Assembly: GCA_027056525.1 (NCBI GenBank)
Contig: JALUKO010000128.1
Span: forward strand, 1-32,375
Reading direction: 5' to 3'
From: Helicobacteraceae bacterium
Lineage (GTDB): Bacteria > Campylobacterota > Campylobacteria > Campylobacterales > Sulfurimonadaceae
DNA: 32,375 bases
A program made the position numbers and the translations under genes. Below, piece by piece: positions 1-9,229 of the stretch. The notes under the pieces were generated by a model. The model had not been told where the DNA came from, searched no databases, and was given only the letters and a program-made list of their open reading frames with translations. Every line of letters begins with the position of its first letter. The first letter of the stretch is position 1.

Positions 1-649
1 CTGGCTCATCATGTTCACACTCATATGGGTGATACTCTTCTGCAGGACCGTCAAATGTTTTTCTTGGTACGATTCCAGCTTTTACATCTTCTACTGTTGG
101 AAGCTCCGCTTTACCATGCATATGACCGATTGTCTCATCAAGTAAAACAATAACTGGCTGCATAAATCTGTCTGCGAGATTAAATGCTCTTACAGTTTCT
201 GTATAACACTCAGCTAATGAACCTGCACATAAAGTGATTGATTTATAATCACCGTGTGACGGATTTTTAGATTGAGCAATATCACCCTGAGAAACACGAG
301 TTGGAAGACCTGTTGATGGACCACCACGCATAACATTAACTAAAACTAAAGGAACCTCAGCCATTTGAGCAAGACCAAGCTGTTCAGCTTTTAGTGATAC
401 ACCCGGACCTGAAGTTGCAGTAAGCGCACGATCACCTGCCATTGCAGCACCTATAGTTGCACATATACCTGCTATTTCATCTTCCATCTGTATAGCAGTT
501 CCACCGATAGCTGGTAGAAGATCAGAAACCTCATGCATCACTTCTGAAGATGGTGTAATAGGATATCCACCAAAAAATTTACAACCAGCATCAACAGCTG
601 CCAGTGCTGCAAGCTGATTTCCTGTAGAAATTACTTCTCTTGTAGCCAT
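1..649 (-). CDS. oorA: 2-oxoglutarate:ferredoxin oxidoreductase alpha subunit (partial, runs off the left edge)
   Basis: Not in the ORF track. My translation from the ATG at 649 (TAATG overlap with the oorD stop) gives MATREVISTGNQLAALAAVDAGCKFFGGYPITPSSE...QMEDE...TATSGPG...NVMRGGPSTGLPTR, the typical OOR/KorA motifs. Confidence 0.95.
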   Translation of the reverse strand, partial: MATREVISTGNQLAALAAVDAGCKFFGGYPITPSSEVMHEVSDLLPAIGGTAIQMEDEIAGICATIGAAMAGDRALTATSGPGVSLKAEQLGLAQMAEVPLVLVNVMRGGPSTGLPTRVSQGDIAQSKNPSHGDYKSITLCAGSLAECYTETVRAFNLADRFMQPVIVLLDETIGHMHGKAELPTVEDVKAGIVPRKTFDGPAEEYHPYECEHDEP

Positions 650-999
650 TACTTAACTCCTTTTTCATTAAGAGACATATAATTGTTTGCAACAATCTTC
701 TCTTGACGCTTTTTTGCTTCGTCAGTTAATTTTGCAAAGCTATAGCCAGCTTCTTTAAATTCTTTTTTATCTGCTACATAGATAGCAAAATCCGGACATG
801 TAAGTTCACACTCATTACATCCAATACAAGACTCAGGATGATCAATAGAGATCATAGCTCCAAGTGTAGATGTTGACTCATATTTCATACCAAGTACGCC
901 AGCTGGACATACGGATACACAAATATCACATGCCTTACAGTTATTTGTGTTAACCCATACAGGTTGATTCCCTGGATTTTGTGTTTCAAAAGTTCCCAT
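649..999 (-). CDS. oorD: 2-oxoglutarate:ferredoxin oxidoreductase delta subunit, 2x[4Fe-4S] ferredoxin-like
   Basis: Two CxxCxxCxxxCP motifs (CKACDICVSVCP, CIGCNECELTCP), AGGAG RBS, directly upstream of oorA. Confidence 0.93.
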   Translation of the reverse strand: MGTFETQNPGNQPVWVNTNNCKACDICVSVCPAGVLGMKYESTSTLGAMISIDHPESCIGCNECELTCPDFAIYVADKKEFKEAGYSFAKLTDEAKKRQEKIVANNYMSLNEKGVK

Positions 1000-1025
1000 T
1001 TATTCTCCTATTATTAAGATACAAA

Positions 1026-1325
1026 TTATTTTGCATCATCTTGAATACTAAATTTTCCGACCGCACAAGAGATAAAACTCTTAGCCTTAAGAGTAGCTGT
1101 ATTACTAAAACTAATCTCTTCATCAAAAAAAGGATAACCAAGTTTTCTTAAAATTGCTCTAAATTGTGCTAATGACGCCTCGTCTAAAATATCAACTGTT
1201 ACTTTACGGGGCTCGCACGAGAGATCAACCTTTACATTTTCAAAACCATCTTCTTTAAGAGTTTTAATAATTGTATTAGCACACCCTTCACAGCGTACAT
1301 TTTTGACCTCTACAGCATGAAGCAT
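1026..1325 (-). CDS. Heavy-metal-associated (HMA/CopZ-like) domain protein with C-terminal extension
   Basis: N-terminal VKNVRCEGCANTI (CxxC), LRKLGY loop and a KAKSFISCAVGK tail; starts 2 bp after the sucD stop. Confidence 0.8.
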   Translation of the reverse strand: MLHAVEVKNVRCEGCANTIIKTLKEDGFENVKVDLSCEPRKVTVDILDEASLAQFRAILRKLGYPFFDEEISFSNTATLKAKSFISCAVGKFSIQDDAK

Positions 1326-1327
1326 AT

Positions 1328-2203
1328 TTATTTTTTACCTAAAACTTCCGCTACAGCTTTACCAATTTCAGCAGGTGAAACTACAACTTTAACGCCTGCA
1401 GCTTCCAATGCATCCATTTTCTCTTTCGCAGTTCCCGCACTACCGGATATAATTGCACCGGCATGACCCATACGTTTCCCTTTTGGAGCTGTTTGACCGG
1501 CAATAAAAGCAACAACAGGTTTAGTGATTTGCTCCTTAATCAGTTTTGCAGCCTGGATCTCAAGGTCTCCACCGATTTCACCGATCATTACAATCGCTTC
1601 TGTTTCCGGATCAGCCTCAAACATCGGAAGAAGTTGCTTGTATGAAAGACCAATAATAGGATCCCCACCAATACCAACTGCTGTAGTAATACCAAAACCT
1701 TCATTACATACCTGGTTTGCGCCTTCATAAGTAAGAGTACCGGATTTTGAAATAAGGCCTACATTACCTTTTTTAAAGATCATACCCGGCATGATCCCTA
1801 TTTTACACTCCTCAGCAGTAATAACACCAGGACAGTTTGGCCCGATTGTTTTCATGTTGTTCTTAACAGCATACTGTTTTGCATACATCATATCACGAAC
1901 CGGAGCACCTTCTGTAATAATTACAGCTAGCTCAATTCCTGCATCAGCGGCTTCCATAACAGCATCTGCAACAAATGCAGGTGGAACAAAAATCATAGAA
2001 ACAGTCGCACCGGTTGTATCTACTGCATCTTTTACAGTATTAAAAACAGGTTTTCCGAGGTGCTCTTGCCCACCCTTGTTTGGTGTAACACCACCAACAA
2101 TATTTGTACCATACGCTAAACATTGCTCCGCATGAAAAGTTCCCTCTTTTCCTGTGAAACCTTGAACTATTACTTTTGTATCTTTATTAACTAAAATAGA
2201 CAT
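1328..2203 (-). CDS. sucD: Succinyl-CoA synthetase alpha subunit
   Basis: [19 protein letters not shown] and the RMGHAGA phospho-His motif. Confidence 0.98.
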   Translation of the reverse strand: MSILVNKDTKVIVQGFTGKEGTFHAEQCLAYGTNIVGGVTPNKGGQEHLGKPVFNTVKDAVDTTGATVSMIFVPPAFVADAVMEAADAGIELAVIITEGAPVRDMMYAKQYAVKNNMKTIGPNCPGVITAEECKIGIMPGMIFKKGNVGLISKSGTLTYEGANQVCNEGFGITTAVGIGGDPIIGLSYKQLLPMFEADPETEAIVMIGEIGGDLEIQAAKLIKEQITKPVVAFIAGQTAPKGKRMGHAGAIISGSAGTAKEKMDALEAAGVKVVVSPAEIGKAVAEVLGKK

Positions 2204-2206
2204 ATC

Positions 2207-3382
2207 TTATAACTCTCCTTTCGCTGCAGCAACTGCTTTTGCAGCACCGTCACCTAAATCTGTACCAACTATAATGTTGTCAATATTCGCATTTTTAAGA
2301 ATTTCTGCTGCTTCTGGAGCATTGGTTCCATCAAGACGAACGATAACAGGAACATTCACGTCAGTAATTTTTGTAGCTTCCAAAATACCGTTTGCAATAC
2401 GATCACAGCGTACAATACCACCAAAAATATTAACAAAGATAGCTTTTACCTGAGGGTTTTTAAGAATGATCTCGAAACCTTTTGCAACAGTCTCTGCGTT
2501 TGCACTACCGCCAACATCCAAGAAGTTCGCAGGCGTACCACCCATATAATTAATAGTATCCATAGTACCCATAGCAAGACCGGCACCATTAACCATACAA
2601 CCTATCTCACCATCAAGAGCAATATAAGAAAGACCATATTGTGCAGCTTCACGCTCATCAGCATCTTCTTCAGAAATATCTCTCATCGCTTCAATATCAG
2701 GGTGACGTCCAAGTGCTGAATCATCAAAGCCCATTTTGCCATCAAGTGCCATAAAATCACCGGAACCTGTTTTAATCAAAGGGTTGATCTCTATCATTTC
2801 AGCATCATTTTCCATATATAACGTGTAGAGCTTTTGAGCAAACTTAATCATTTTTCCCTGCTCTGCTTTGTCTGTGATTCCAAGACCGAAAACTAATTCA
2901 CGACCGTGAAAACCTTGAAAACCGATGGAAGGATCGATAGCAACTTTGATGATCTTTTCCGGAGTCTTCTCTGCAACTGTTTCAATATCCATACCACCTT
3001 CTGTAGAAGCCATAATAATTGGCATCTCAGCAGCACGATCAAGAACAACACTTAAATAAAGTTCATCTTTAATATCAGCACCATCTTCAATATAAACTTT
3101 TTGTACAAGCTTACCTTCTGGCCCGGTTTGATGAGTCACAAGAGTCATACCCAAAATCTCATCTGCCAACTCTCTCACTTCATCAATAGACTTAGCAAGT
3201 TTAACACCACCGCCAAGTCCACGTCCACCCGCATGGATCTGAGCTTTTACAACCCAGATAGGCCCACCAAGTTCTTCTGCGTTTTTCACTGCTTCTTCAA
3301 CTGAATGAGCAATTTTACCTTTTGGTGTTGGAACACCGTACTTTGCAAATATCTGTTTTGCCTGATATTCATGTATATTCAT
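2207..3382 (-). CDS. sucC: Succinyl-CoA synthetase beta subunit
   Basis: MNIHEYQAK, KAQIHAGGRG, NGAGLAM, ANFLDVGG, NIFGGIVRCD; AAGGAG RBS. Confidence 0.98.
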   Translation of the reverse strand: MNIHEYQAKQIFAKYGVPTPKGKIAHSVEEAVKNAEELGGPIWVVKAQIHAGGRGLGGGVKLAKSIDEVRELADEILGMTLVTHQTGPEGKLVQKVYIEDGADIKDELYLSVVLDRAAEMPIIMASTEGGMDIETVAEKTPEKIIKVAIDPSIGFQGFHGRELVFGLGITDKAEQGKMIKFAQKLYTLYMENDAEMIEINPLIKTGSGDFMALDGKMGFDDSALGRHPDIEAMRDISEEDADEREAAQYGLSYIALDGEIGCMVNGAGLAMGTMDTINYMGGTPANFLDVGGSANAETVAKGFEIILKNPQVKAIFVNIFGGIVRCDRIANGILEATKITDVNVPVIVRLDGTNAPEAAEILKNANIDNIIVGTDLGDGAAKAVAAAKGEL

Positions 3383-3407
3383 CTATTCTCCTTATTTAAA
3401 ATGGAAG

Positions 3408-3965
3408 TTATTTTACTTCGTATTGTTCACGACCGATCTTATATAGATCATTGCCATGAGTATCATTAACCACTGTAACCGGAAAGTCAACCACCTCAAG
3501 TTTTCTTACCGCTTCAGGTCCCAACTCTTCATATGCAATAACTTCTGCACTTTTGATCTGCTTCCCAAGCAGTGCTCCCGCACCACCTGTTGCTCCAAAA
3601 TATACCGCTTTATATTTTTCACATGCATCTGTTACATCTTTGTTTCTTTTTCCTTTGCCGATCATCCCTTTTAAACCCTCAGCGATCAGGCGCGGAGAAT
3701 AAGAATCCATACGATACGATGTTGTAGGCCCTGCACTTCCAATAGGATCACCCGGTTTAGGTGGTGTAGGTCCAACAAAATATATCACTGCACCTTTTAC
3801 ATCAAAAGGCAGCTCTTTGCCGGCATCTAAAAGATCTACCAATCTTTTATGTGCAGCATCACGAGCAGTATAAATAGTACCACTCAAATAAACGATATCA
3901 CCACTTTGTAATTTTTCAACCGTTTCGTCACTAAGTGGCGTTGTTAAATGATATGTTTTACTCAT
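3408..3965 (-). CDS. Class I (Fe-S) fumarate hydratase, beta (C-terminal) subunit
   Basis: TARDAAHKRL, GSAGPTTSYRMD, IGKG, GGAGAL motifs of the fumarase/tartrate dehydratase beta family; TCA context favours fumarase. Confidence 0.9.
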   Translation of the reverse strand: MSKTYHLTTPLSDETVEKLQSGDIVYLSGTIYTARDAAHKRLVDLLDAGKELPFDVKGAVIYFVGPTPPKPGDPIGSAGPTTSYRMDSYSPRLIAEGLKGMIGKGKRNKDVTDACEKYKAVYFGATGGAGALLGKQIKSAEVIAYEELGPEAVRKLEVVDFPVTVVNDTHGNDLYKIGREQYEVK

Positions 3966-3977
3966 TTTCTACCCTTA

Positions 3978-4829
3978 TTATATAGTAATATGTGTGTGAC
4001 GAGAACTATGACACTGAACATTAACAGAAACAGGAAGTGAAGCGATATGACATGGATTAGCTTCTATATGAACAGCCAAAACTGTTTCCGTTCCACCCAT
4101 ACCCATAGTACCTATTCCAAGTTTGTTGAGCTCATCTTTTATAGTTGCTTCCAACTCCGCCATTTCCGGATCATCATTGATAGAACCGATATTTCTAAAA
4201 AGAGCGTGCTTAGAAGAGATGACAGCTTTTTCAAAAGTACCACCGATACCAACACCTACAGTAAGTGGAGGACATGGATTTGGTCCTGCATCAGAGATAC
4301 ACTCTCTTACAAAATCAATGACACCCTGCTTTCCGGCAGCCGGAGGAAATACTCTCGCGCGAGAAACATTTTCACTTCCACCACCTTTTGCAGCATACTC
4401 GATCTCTATTTTGTCACCCTCAACTATATCAAGATGGATAATAGCTGGAAGGTTATATCCAACCGTATCTTTTAGATTTGCACGGGAAAAAGGTTCACAT
4501 GTTGAAGCTCTTAAGTAACCTTCAATGTAACCTTTTTCTGTTCCCTCGTTAATAGCGTCTTTTAAAAGACCACCGACAACTTTCACATCAGCACCTATCT
4601 TAACAAAAAACACTGCCAAACCTGTATCTTGACAAAGAGGACGAGCTTCTGAAGATGCAATATCTGCATTTTCCAAAAGCTGTTTTAAAACCTCTTTACT
4701 TACCGGAGATTTTTCATGCTCATATGCTTCTTTCATAGCATTTAGAGCATCTTCTGGAAGATTGGATGCAGAATATACAATGATATCTCTTACATTTTTC
4801 ACTATCTCTTCGTATGCAATTTCACGCAT
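3978..4829 (-). CDS. Class I (Fe-S) fumarate hydratase, alpha (N-terminal) subunit
   Basis: PLCQDTG, KGGGSEN, NPCPP, CHIAS and QCHS motifs. Start moved from 4844 (TTG) to the ATG at 4829, which follows a GAGG RBS and the mdh stop. Confidence 0.9.
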   Translation of the reverse strand: MREIAYEEIVKNVRDIIVYSASNLPEDALNAMKEAYEHEKSPVSKEVLKQLLENADIASSEARPLCQDTGLAVFFVKIGADVKVVGGLLKDAINEGTEKGYIEGYLRASTCEPFSRANLKDTVGYNLPAIIHLDIVEGDKIEIEYAAKGGGSENVSRARVFPPAAGKQGVIDFVRECISDAGPNPCPPLTVGVGIGGTFEKAVISSKHALFRNIGSINDDPEMAELEATIKDELNKLGIGTMGMGGTETVLAVHIEANPCHIASLPVSVNVQCHSSRHTHITI

Positions 4830-4830
4830 A

Positions 4831-5787
4831 TTATTGATCCTCAAAAAAATTGTTTTTGTTTAAAGAGTCGATAAGTTCTTGAACTGATGCACACGAGTTT
4901 TTGAACATCTCTTGCTCTTTTTCATTTAATGTTACCTCGATGATCTTTTCAGCACCGTTGGCACCAAGCATAACAGGGACGCCTGAAACAACATCTTTGT
5001 AGCCATATTCACCTTCTAAGAAAACTGCACAAGGGTGAATTTGTTTTGTGTCTTTAAGAATTGCATCTACCATGATAGCGGTAGATTTAGCAGGTGCATA
5101 ATATGCTGAACCCGTTTTTAAATGTCCGACAATCTCAGCACCGCCATGGCGAGTACGATCAACAACTTCATCAATCTCATCTTCACTTAATACATCTGAA
5201 AGAGGCACACCTGCTACAGTTGAATATCTTGGAAGAGGAACCATATCATCACCATGTCCACCCATAACTGACGCACGGATTTGACCACCGCCGTATCCAA
5301 GTTTTTCTTGGATAAATGCTGCCATACGAGAACTGTCTAAAATTCCCGCCATTCCAATAACACGGCTTCTGTCAAAACCGCTCTCTTTCAGTGCAACATA
5401 TGTCATAGCGTCAAGTGGATTGGAAACCATTATGATGATAGCATCCGGAGAGTATTTGGCAACACCCTGAATAACCTCTCTTGTGATATTTGCATTGATC
5501 ATTAAAAGATCATCACGACTCATCCCTGGAAGTCTCGGACTCCCTGCAGTTACAACAACAACATCACAGTTTGTAAGATCTTCCATCCCCTCAGCAACTT
5601 TTACAACAGTATGGCTTCTTACCGCAGAAGCAGCTTGAGACATATCCAGAGCCTTACCACGAGCCACATCAATTTTATTGTCACGAAGAATGATCTCATG
5701 ACAAGAACCAAGCATCGCTAAAGAATATGCTACGGTCGCACCGACATTACCGGCACCTACTATCCCTACTCTTTTTCCTTGCTTCAT
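4831..5787 (-). CDS. mdh: Malate dehydrogenase (LDH-like)
   Basis: GAGNVG Rossmann motif, [14 protein letters not shown] with the Arg that specifies malate, GGHGD; AAGGAG RBS. Confidence 0.96.
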   Translation of the reverse strand: MKQGKRVGIVGAGNVGATVAYSLAMLGSCHEIILRDNKIDVARGKALDMSQAASAVRSHTVVKVAEGMEDLTNCDVVVVTAGSPRLPGMSRDDLLMINANITREVIQGVAKYSPDAIIIMVSNPLDAMTYVALKESGFDRSRVIGMAGILDSSRMAAFIQEKLGYGGGQIRASVMGGHGDDMVPLPRYSTVAGVPLSDVLSEDEIDEVVDRTRHGGAEIVGHLKTGSAYYAPAKSTAIMVDAILKDTKQIHPCAVFLEGEYGYKDVVSGVPVMLGANGAEKIIEVTLNEKEQEMFKNSCASVQELIDSLNKNNFFEDQ

Positions 5788-5928
5788 ATACGCTCCTTGA
5801 TATTTAATATATTGATGTTTTTAGTAAAATACACTTAAACAATGTGTACAATTACACAACACTTAAGTATATTAAAAACATCTTTGAAAGACTTTCGCCT
5901 TTTGTATAATACCTTTACAAAAGTTTTA

Positions 5929-5967
5929 TAAAAAAAGAGAAAATACCCTGCACCTGAGTGCAGGATA
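5929..5967 (-). terminator. Intrinsic terminator after icd
   Basis: Minus strand reads CCTGCAC-tcag-GTGCAGG (5947-5964) followed by gtattttctcttttttt, about 10 bp after the icd stop. Confidence 0.8.
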
Positions 5968-5977
5968 GATGGTAACG

Positions 5978-8152
5978 CTATATAGCGTCAATAATTTTGT
6001 TTAAAGTAGCAGATGGACGCATCGCTGCTTCAGCTTTTGCATCATCCGGATGGAAATAACCACCAACATCTTTTGGGCTACCTTCTGAAGCTAATAACTC
6101 AGAGATAATTGTTTCTTCATTTTCCTCTAAAGCTTTGGCAACAGGAGCAAATTTTTCTGCAAGTTCTGTATTGTCACCTTCTGCAAGAGCTTTTGCCCAA
6201 TACTGTGCTACAAAAAAGTGAGAAGCTTTATTGTCCGGCTCACCACATTTTCTTGAAGGTGCTTTATCGTTGTCTAGATAACCATCATTAGCAACATCAA
6301 GAGCAGCTGTCAATGCAGCAAGTTTTGCATCATTGTTTTTCTGACCGATAAAACGTAAAGATTCAGCAAGTGCCAAGAACTCACCTAAAGAATCCCAACG
6401 CAAGTGACCCTCTGCCAAGAACTGATCAACATGTTTTGGAGCAGATCCACCGGCACCTGTTTCAAACAGACCACCACCAGCTAACAATGGAACAATTGAA
6501 AGCATTTTTGCAGATGTTCCAAGCTCTAAGATAGGATACATATCTGTTAAGTGATCACGAAGAACATTACCGGTTACAGAGATAGTATCTTTACCCTCAC
6601 GTACACGCGCATTTGTGTAACGAGTAGCATCAGTTACATTCATGATTTGAATATCTAAACCTGATGTATCATGATCTTTGAGGTATTCATTTACCTTTTT
6701 GATCATCTCAGCATCGTGAGCACGGTTTTCATCTAACCAGAATATAGCAGGATTTCCAGTGATGCGAGCACGCTCAACTGCTAAACGAACCCAGTCTTTA
6801 ATCGGGATATCTTTAGCACGGGACATTCTCCATATATCACCTGCTTCACAATCAAAACTCATCAGTTCGGTACCATCTTCTGCAGTTACAGTTACTTTAC
6901 CACCTTCTGGAAGTTCAAAAGTTGTCGGGTGAGAACCATACTCTTCAGCTTTTTGTGCCATAAGACCAACATTTGCAACATTACCCATAGTTGTAACATC
7001 ATACTGACCGTTTTTAACACAATCTGCTACCATCTCTGCATGGAACATTGCATATGTACTGTCTGGAATAACCGCAACACACTCAACAGCATCACCGTTT
7101 CTATCCCACTGTTTACCACCTTCACGAACAACAACAGGCATTGATGCATCGATGATCACATCATTGGAAGCATTAAAGTTTGTTGTCCCCTTATCAGAGT
7201 CAACCATAGCAATTTTTGGGCTATCAGCATCTACAACAGCTTGAAAAGCAGCTTTGATCTCTGCTTCTTTAGCATGACCGGCGATCTTCTTCTCAATATC
7301 AGAAATACCAAGGTTGGCATTTACTTTTAATTCAGCGAATGTGTCTGCATATTTTTCAAATACCGGAGCGAAAAATACTTCCAGTGCATGTCCGAACATG
7401 ATCGGATCAGAGATTTTCATCATAGTAGCTTTAAGGTGAATAGACCATAAAACACCGTTTGCTTTCGCATCATCAATCGTTTTTTGGATAAATGCTCTTA
7501 AAGCTTTTACAGACATAAATGTACCATCAAGTACTTCTTTGTCAAGTGCATCAATAGTAGCTAACTCTTTGCCGTTAAGCGCGATAGTAACTTTTTGAGC
7601 TTTATCCATAGTAACTGATTGCTCATTAGCATAAAAGTCACCCTTTCCTTCCATATGTGCAACATACGCTTTAGAGTTTTCAGCAAACGGCTTCAGTCTA
7701 TGTGGATGTTTTTGTGCATACTTTTTAACAGCTGCTGCTGCACGTCTGTCTGAGTTACCCTCACGAAGAACAGGATTAACCGCAGAACCTAAACATACAT
7801 TATATTTTGCACGGATAGCTTCCTCTTCAGCATTTGCCGGATTTTCAGGAAAATCTGGAATGTCATAACCTTGACCTTGAAGCTCTGCTATACAATCTTT
7901 AAGTTGCCCTATTGATGCAGAAATATTTGGAAGCTTGATTATATTTCCATCTGGTTGCAGTACAACTTCACCAAGCTTTGACAGTTCGTCTTCAGCAAGA
8001 CCCATCGCAGCAAGAACTCTACCTGCTAGTGATATATCACTAGTAACCACATCTACACCTGCAGCTTTTGTAAAAGCATTAACAATCGGTAGTAACGAAT
8101 AAGTTGCTAAAGCCGGAGCTTCATCAATTTTAGACCAAATAATTTTTGACAT
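5978..8152 (-). CDS. icd: Monomeric NADP-dependent isocitrate dehydrogenase
   Basis: DEAPALATYSLLP, IIKLPNISAS, NPVLREGNSDRR, LKATMMKISDP, FETGAGGSAPKH; GAGG RBS. Confidence 0.97.
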   Translation of the reverse strand: MSKIIWSKIDEAPALATYSLLPIVNAFTKAAGVDVVTSDISLAGRVLAAMGLAEDELSKLGEVVLQPDGNIIKLPNISASIGQLKDCIAELQGQGYDIPDFPENPANAEEEAIRAKYNVCLGSAVNPVLREGNSDRRAAAAVKKYAQKHPHRLKPFAENSKAYVAHMEGKGDFYANEQSVTMDKAQKVTIALNGKELATIDALDKEVLDGTFMSVKALRAFIQKTIDDAKANGVLWSIHLKATMMKISDPIMFGHALEVFFAPVFEKYADTFAELKVNANLGISDIEKKIAGHAKEAEIKAAFQAVVDADSPKIAMVDSDKGTTNFNASNDVIIDASMPVVVREGGKQWDRNGDAVECVAVIPDSTYAMFHAEMVADCVKNGQYDVTTMGNVANVGLMAQKAEEYGSHPTTFELPEGGKVTVTAEDGTELMSFDCEAGDIWRMSRAKDIPIKDWVRLAVERARITGNPAIFWLDENRAHDAEMIKKVNEYLKDHDTSGLDIQIMNVTDATRYTNARVREGKDTISVTGNVLRDHLTDMYPILELGTSAKMLSIVPLLAGGGLFETGAGGSAPKHVDQFLAEGHLRWDSLGEFLALAESLRFIGQKNNDAKLAALTAALDVANDGYLDNDKAPSRKCGEPDNKASHFFVAQYWAKALAEGDNTELAEKFAPVAKALEENEETIISELLASEGSPKDVGGYFHPDDAKAEAAMRPSATLNKIIDAI

Positions 8153-8284
8153 TGTGTGTCCTCGAGTTGATATTTTATTTTTACAGTAGCTAGACTCTAT
8201 AAAAATTTACAAGATTATAATAACACTAAGATAGGTAATATTTGGTTAGCTCCTATAAACATTTAATTATATTTCTAAAATGTT

Positions 8285-9229
8285 TCATTTGGTAGCACGC
8301 CTTATATTGCGTAAATGTGTAGAATAGTTACACGAGAAATCATGTGTTCCCAACTTGGATTTCATAAAATAGAGATAATCAGTTTTTGCAGGGAATATAG
8401 CAGCTCTGATAGCATCAAAGCTCACATTACATATGGGAATTTTCGGAACACCCGAATGTTTATATGTGTTATATATAGATATATCCTCTTTAATGCGCTT
8501 TGGTGTCACTTTGATGTGAGAATATTTACCATAATTTAATGTACCGTCCATTTGCAGTTTCATCCCTTTTTTGATTCTATTATATATAACAGAACTCACC
8601 AGCGGCATCTCTTGTACATTTGCTGATTCCTTTTGAATGACAGATGCGATTGCTACATATTGAAACCATTTTTTTTCATTATAATTACCAAATAGTTTTT
8701 TTGAAAAAGCTTCCATTTGCTTCTGAGAATTTTGCAATAAAATACGAATGAGTTCCTCTTCTGTAATACCAAGTGGGAGCTTGTAAGTATTTGGAACAAG
8801 GGCTCCTTCTTTGTACTTAGAGCGAAGATCATATTCTCTTTGCAGTTTATTTCTGTCCAGATTAAGATCTTTTGCCAACTCATCTAAAAATATATGAGTT
8901 GTCTCACCCGGTATAAGTGTTACATTTTGAAGTGCTGCTTTTGCAGTGGTAAGTTTATATAAGAAATCTGCTTTTGTACTTCTTGTAGTACCTATATTTA
9001 TCCATCCGCTTTGAGGTATTCCCATGAGCCTTAACAAGAGTGAATCGAGTTTGCAAACATCGTAATTTTTCTCACGCAATTGTGTTATAATTTGATTTAT
9101 TGAACCTTGAGGAATATATATCACCTTCGAGGTATCCAGCGGTTTATTTAGGTAGTACATGAACGATAACATAATTATCAATGCAATTTCAAAAATACAC
9201 TTTATAATAGTAAGTTTTTTATCATTCAT
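8285..9229 (-). CDS. mltG: Endolytic transglycosylase MltG (YceG family)
   Basis: N-terminal TM anchor, TLIPGE, EGALVPNTY, ASVIQKES (catalytic Glu), VIYNRIKKGMKLQMD, YNTYKHSG, YLYF. Confidence 0.92.
   Translation of the reverse strand: MNDKKLTIIKCIFEIALIIMLSFMYYLNKPLDTSKVIYIPQGSINQIITQLREKNYDVCKLDSLLLRLMGIPQSGWINIGTTRSTKADFLYKLTTAKAALQNVTLIPGETTHIFLDELAKDLNLDRNKLQREYDLRSKYKEGALVPNTYKLPLGITEEELIRILLQNSQKQMEAFSKKLFGNYNEKKWFQYVAIASVIQKESANVQEMPLVSSVIYNRIKKGMKLQMDGTLNYGKYSHIKVTPKRIKEDISIYNTYKHSGVPKIPICNVSFDAIRAAIFPAKTDYLYFMKSKLGTHDFSCNYSTHLRNIRRATK
9083..9091 (+). promoter_or_regulatory. Extended -10 promoter (TGtTATAAT) for the YhdP-like gene, located inside the mltG CDS
   Basis: Perfect TGnTATAAT about 68 bp upstream of the ATG at 9159; AGGT SD-like sequence at 9150-9153. 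Confidence 0.55.

Noticed and set aside
1463-7144. Plus-strand ORFs antisense to sucD, sucC, fumarase and icd (e.g. 1791-2135, 4047-4475, 4123-4518)
   Set aside because: Shadow ORFs expected from the codon bias of well-conserved genes on the other strand; no recognisable motifs.
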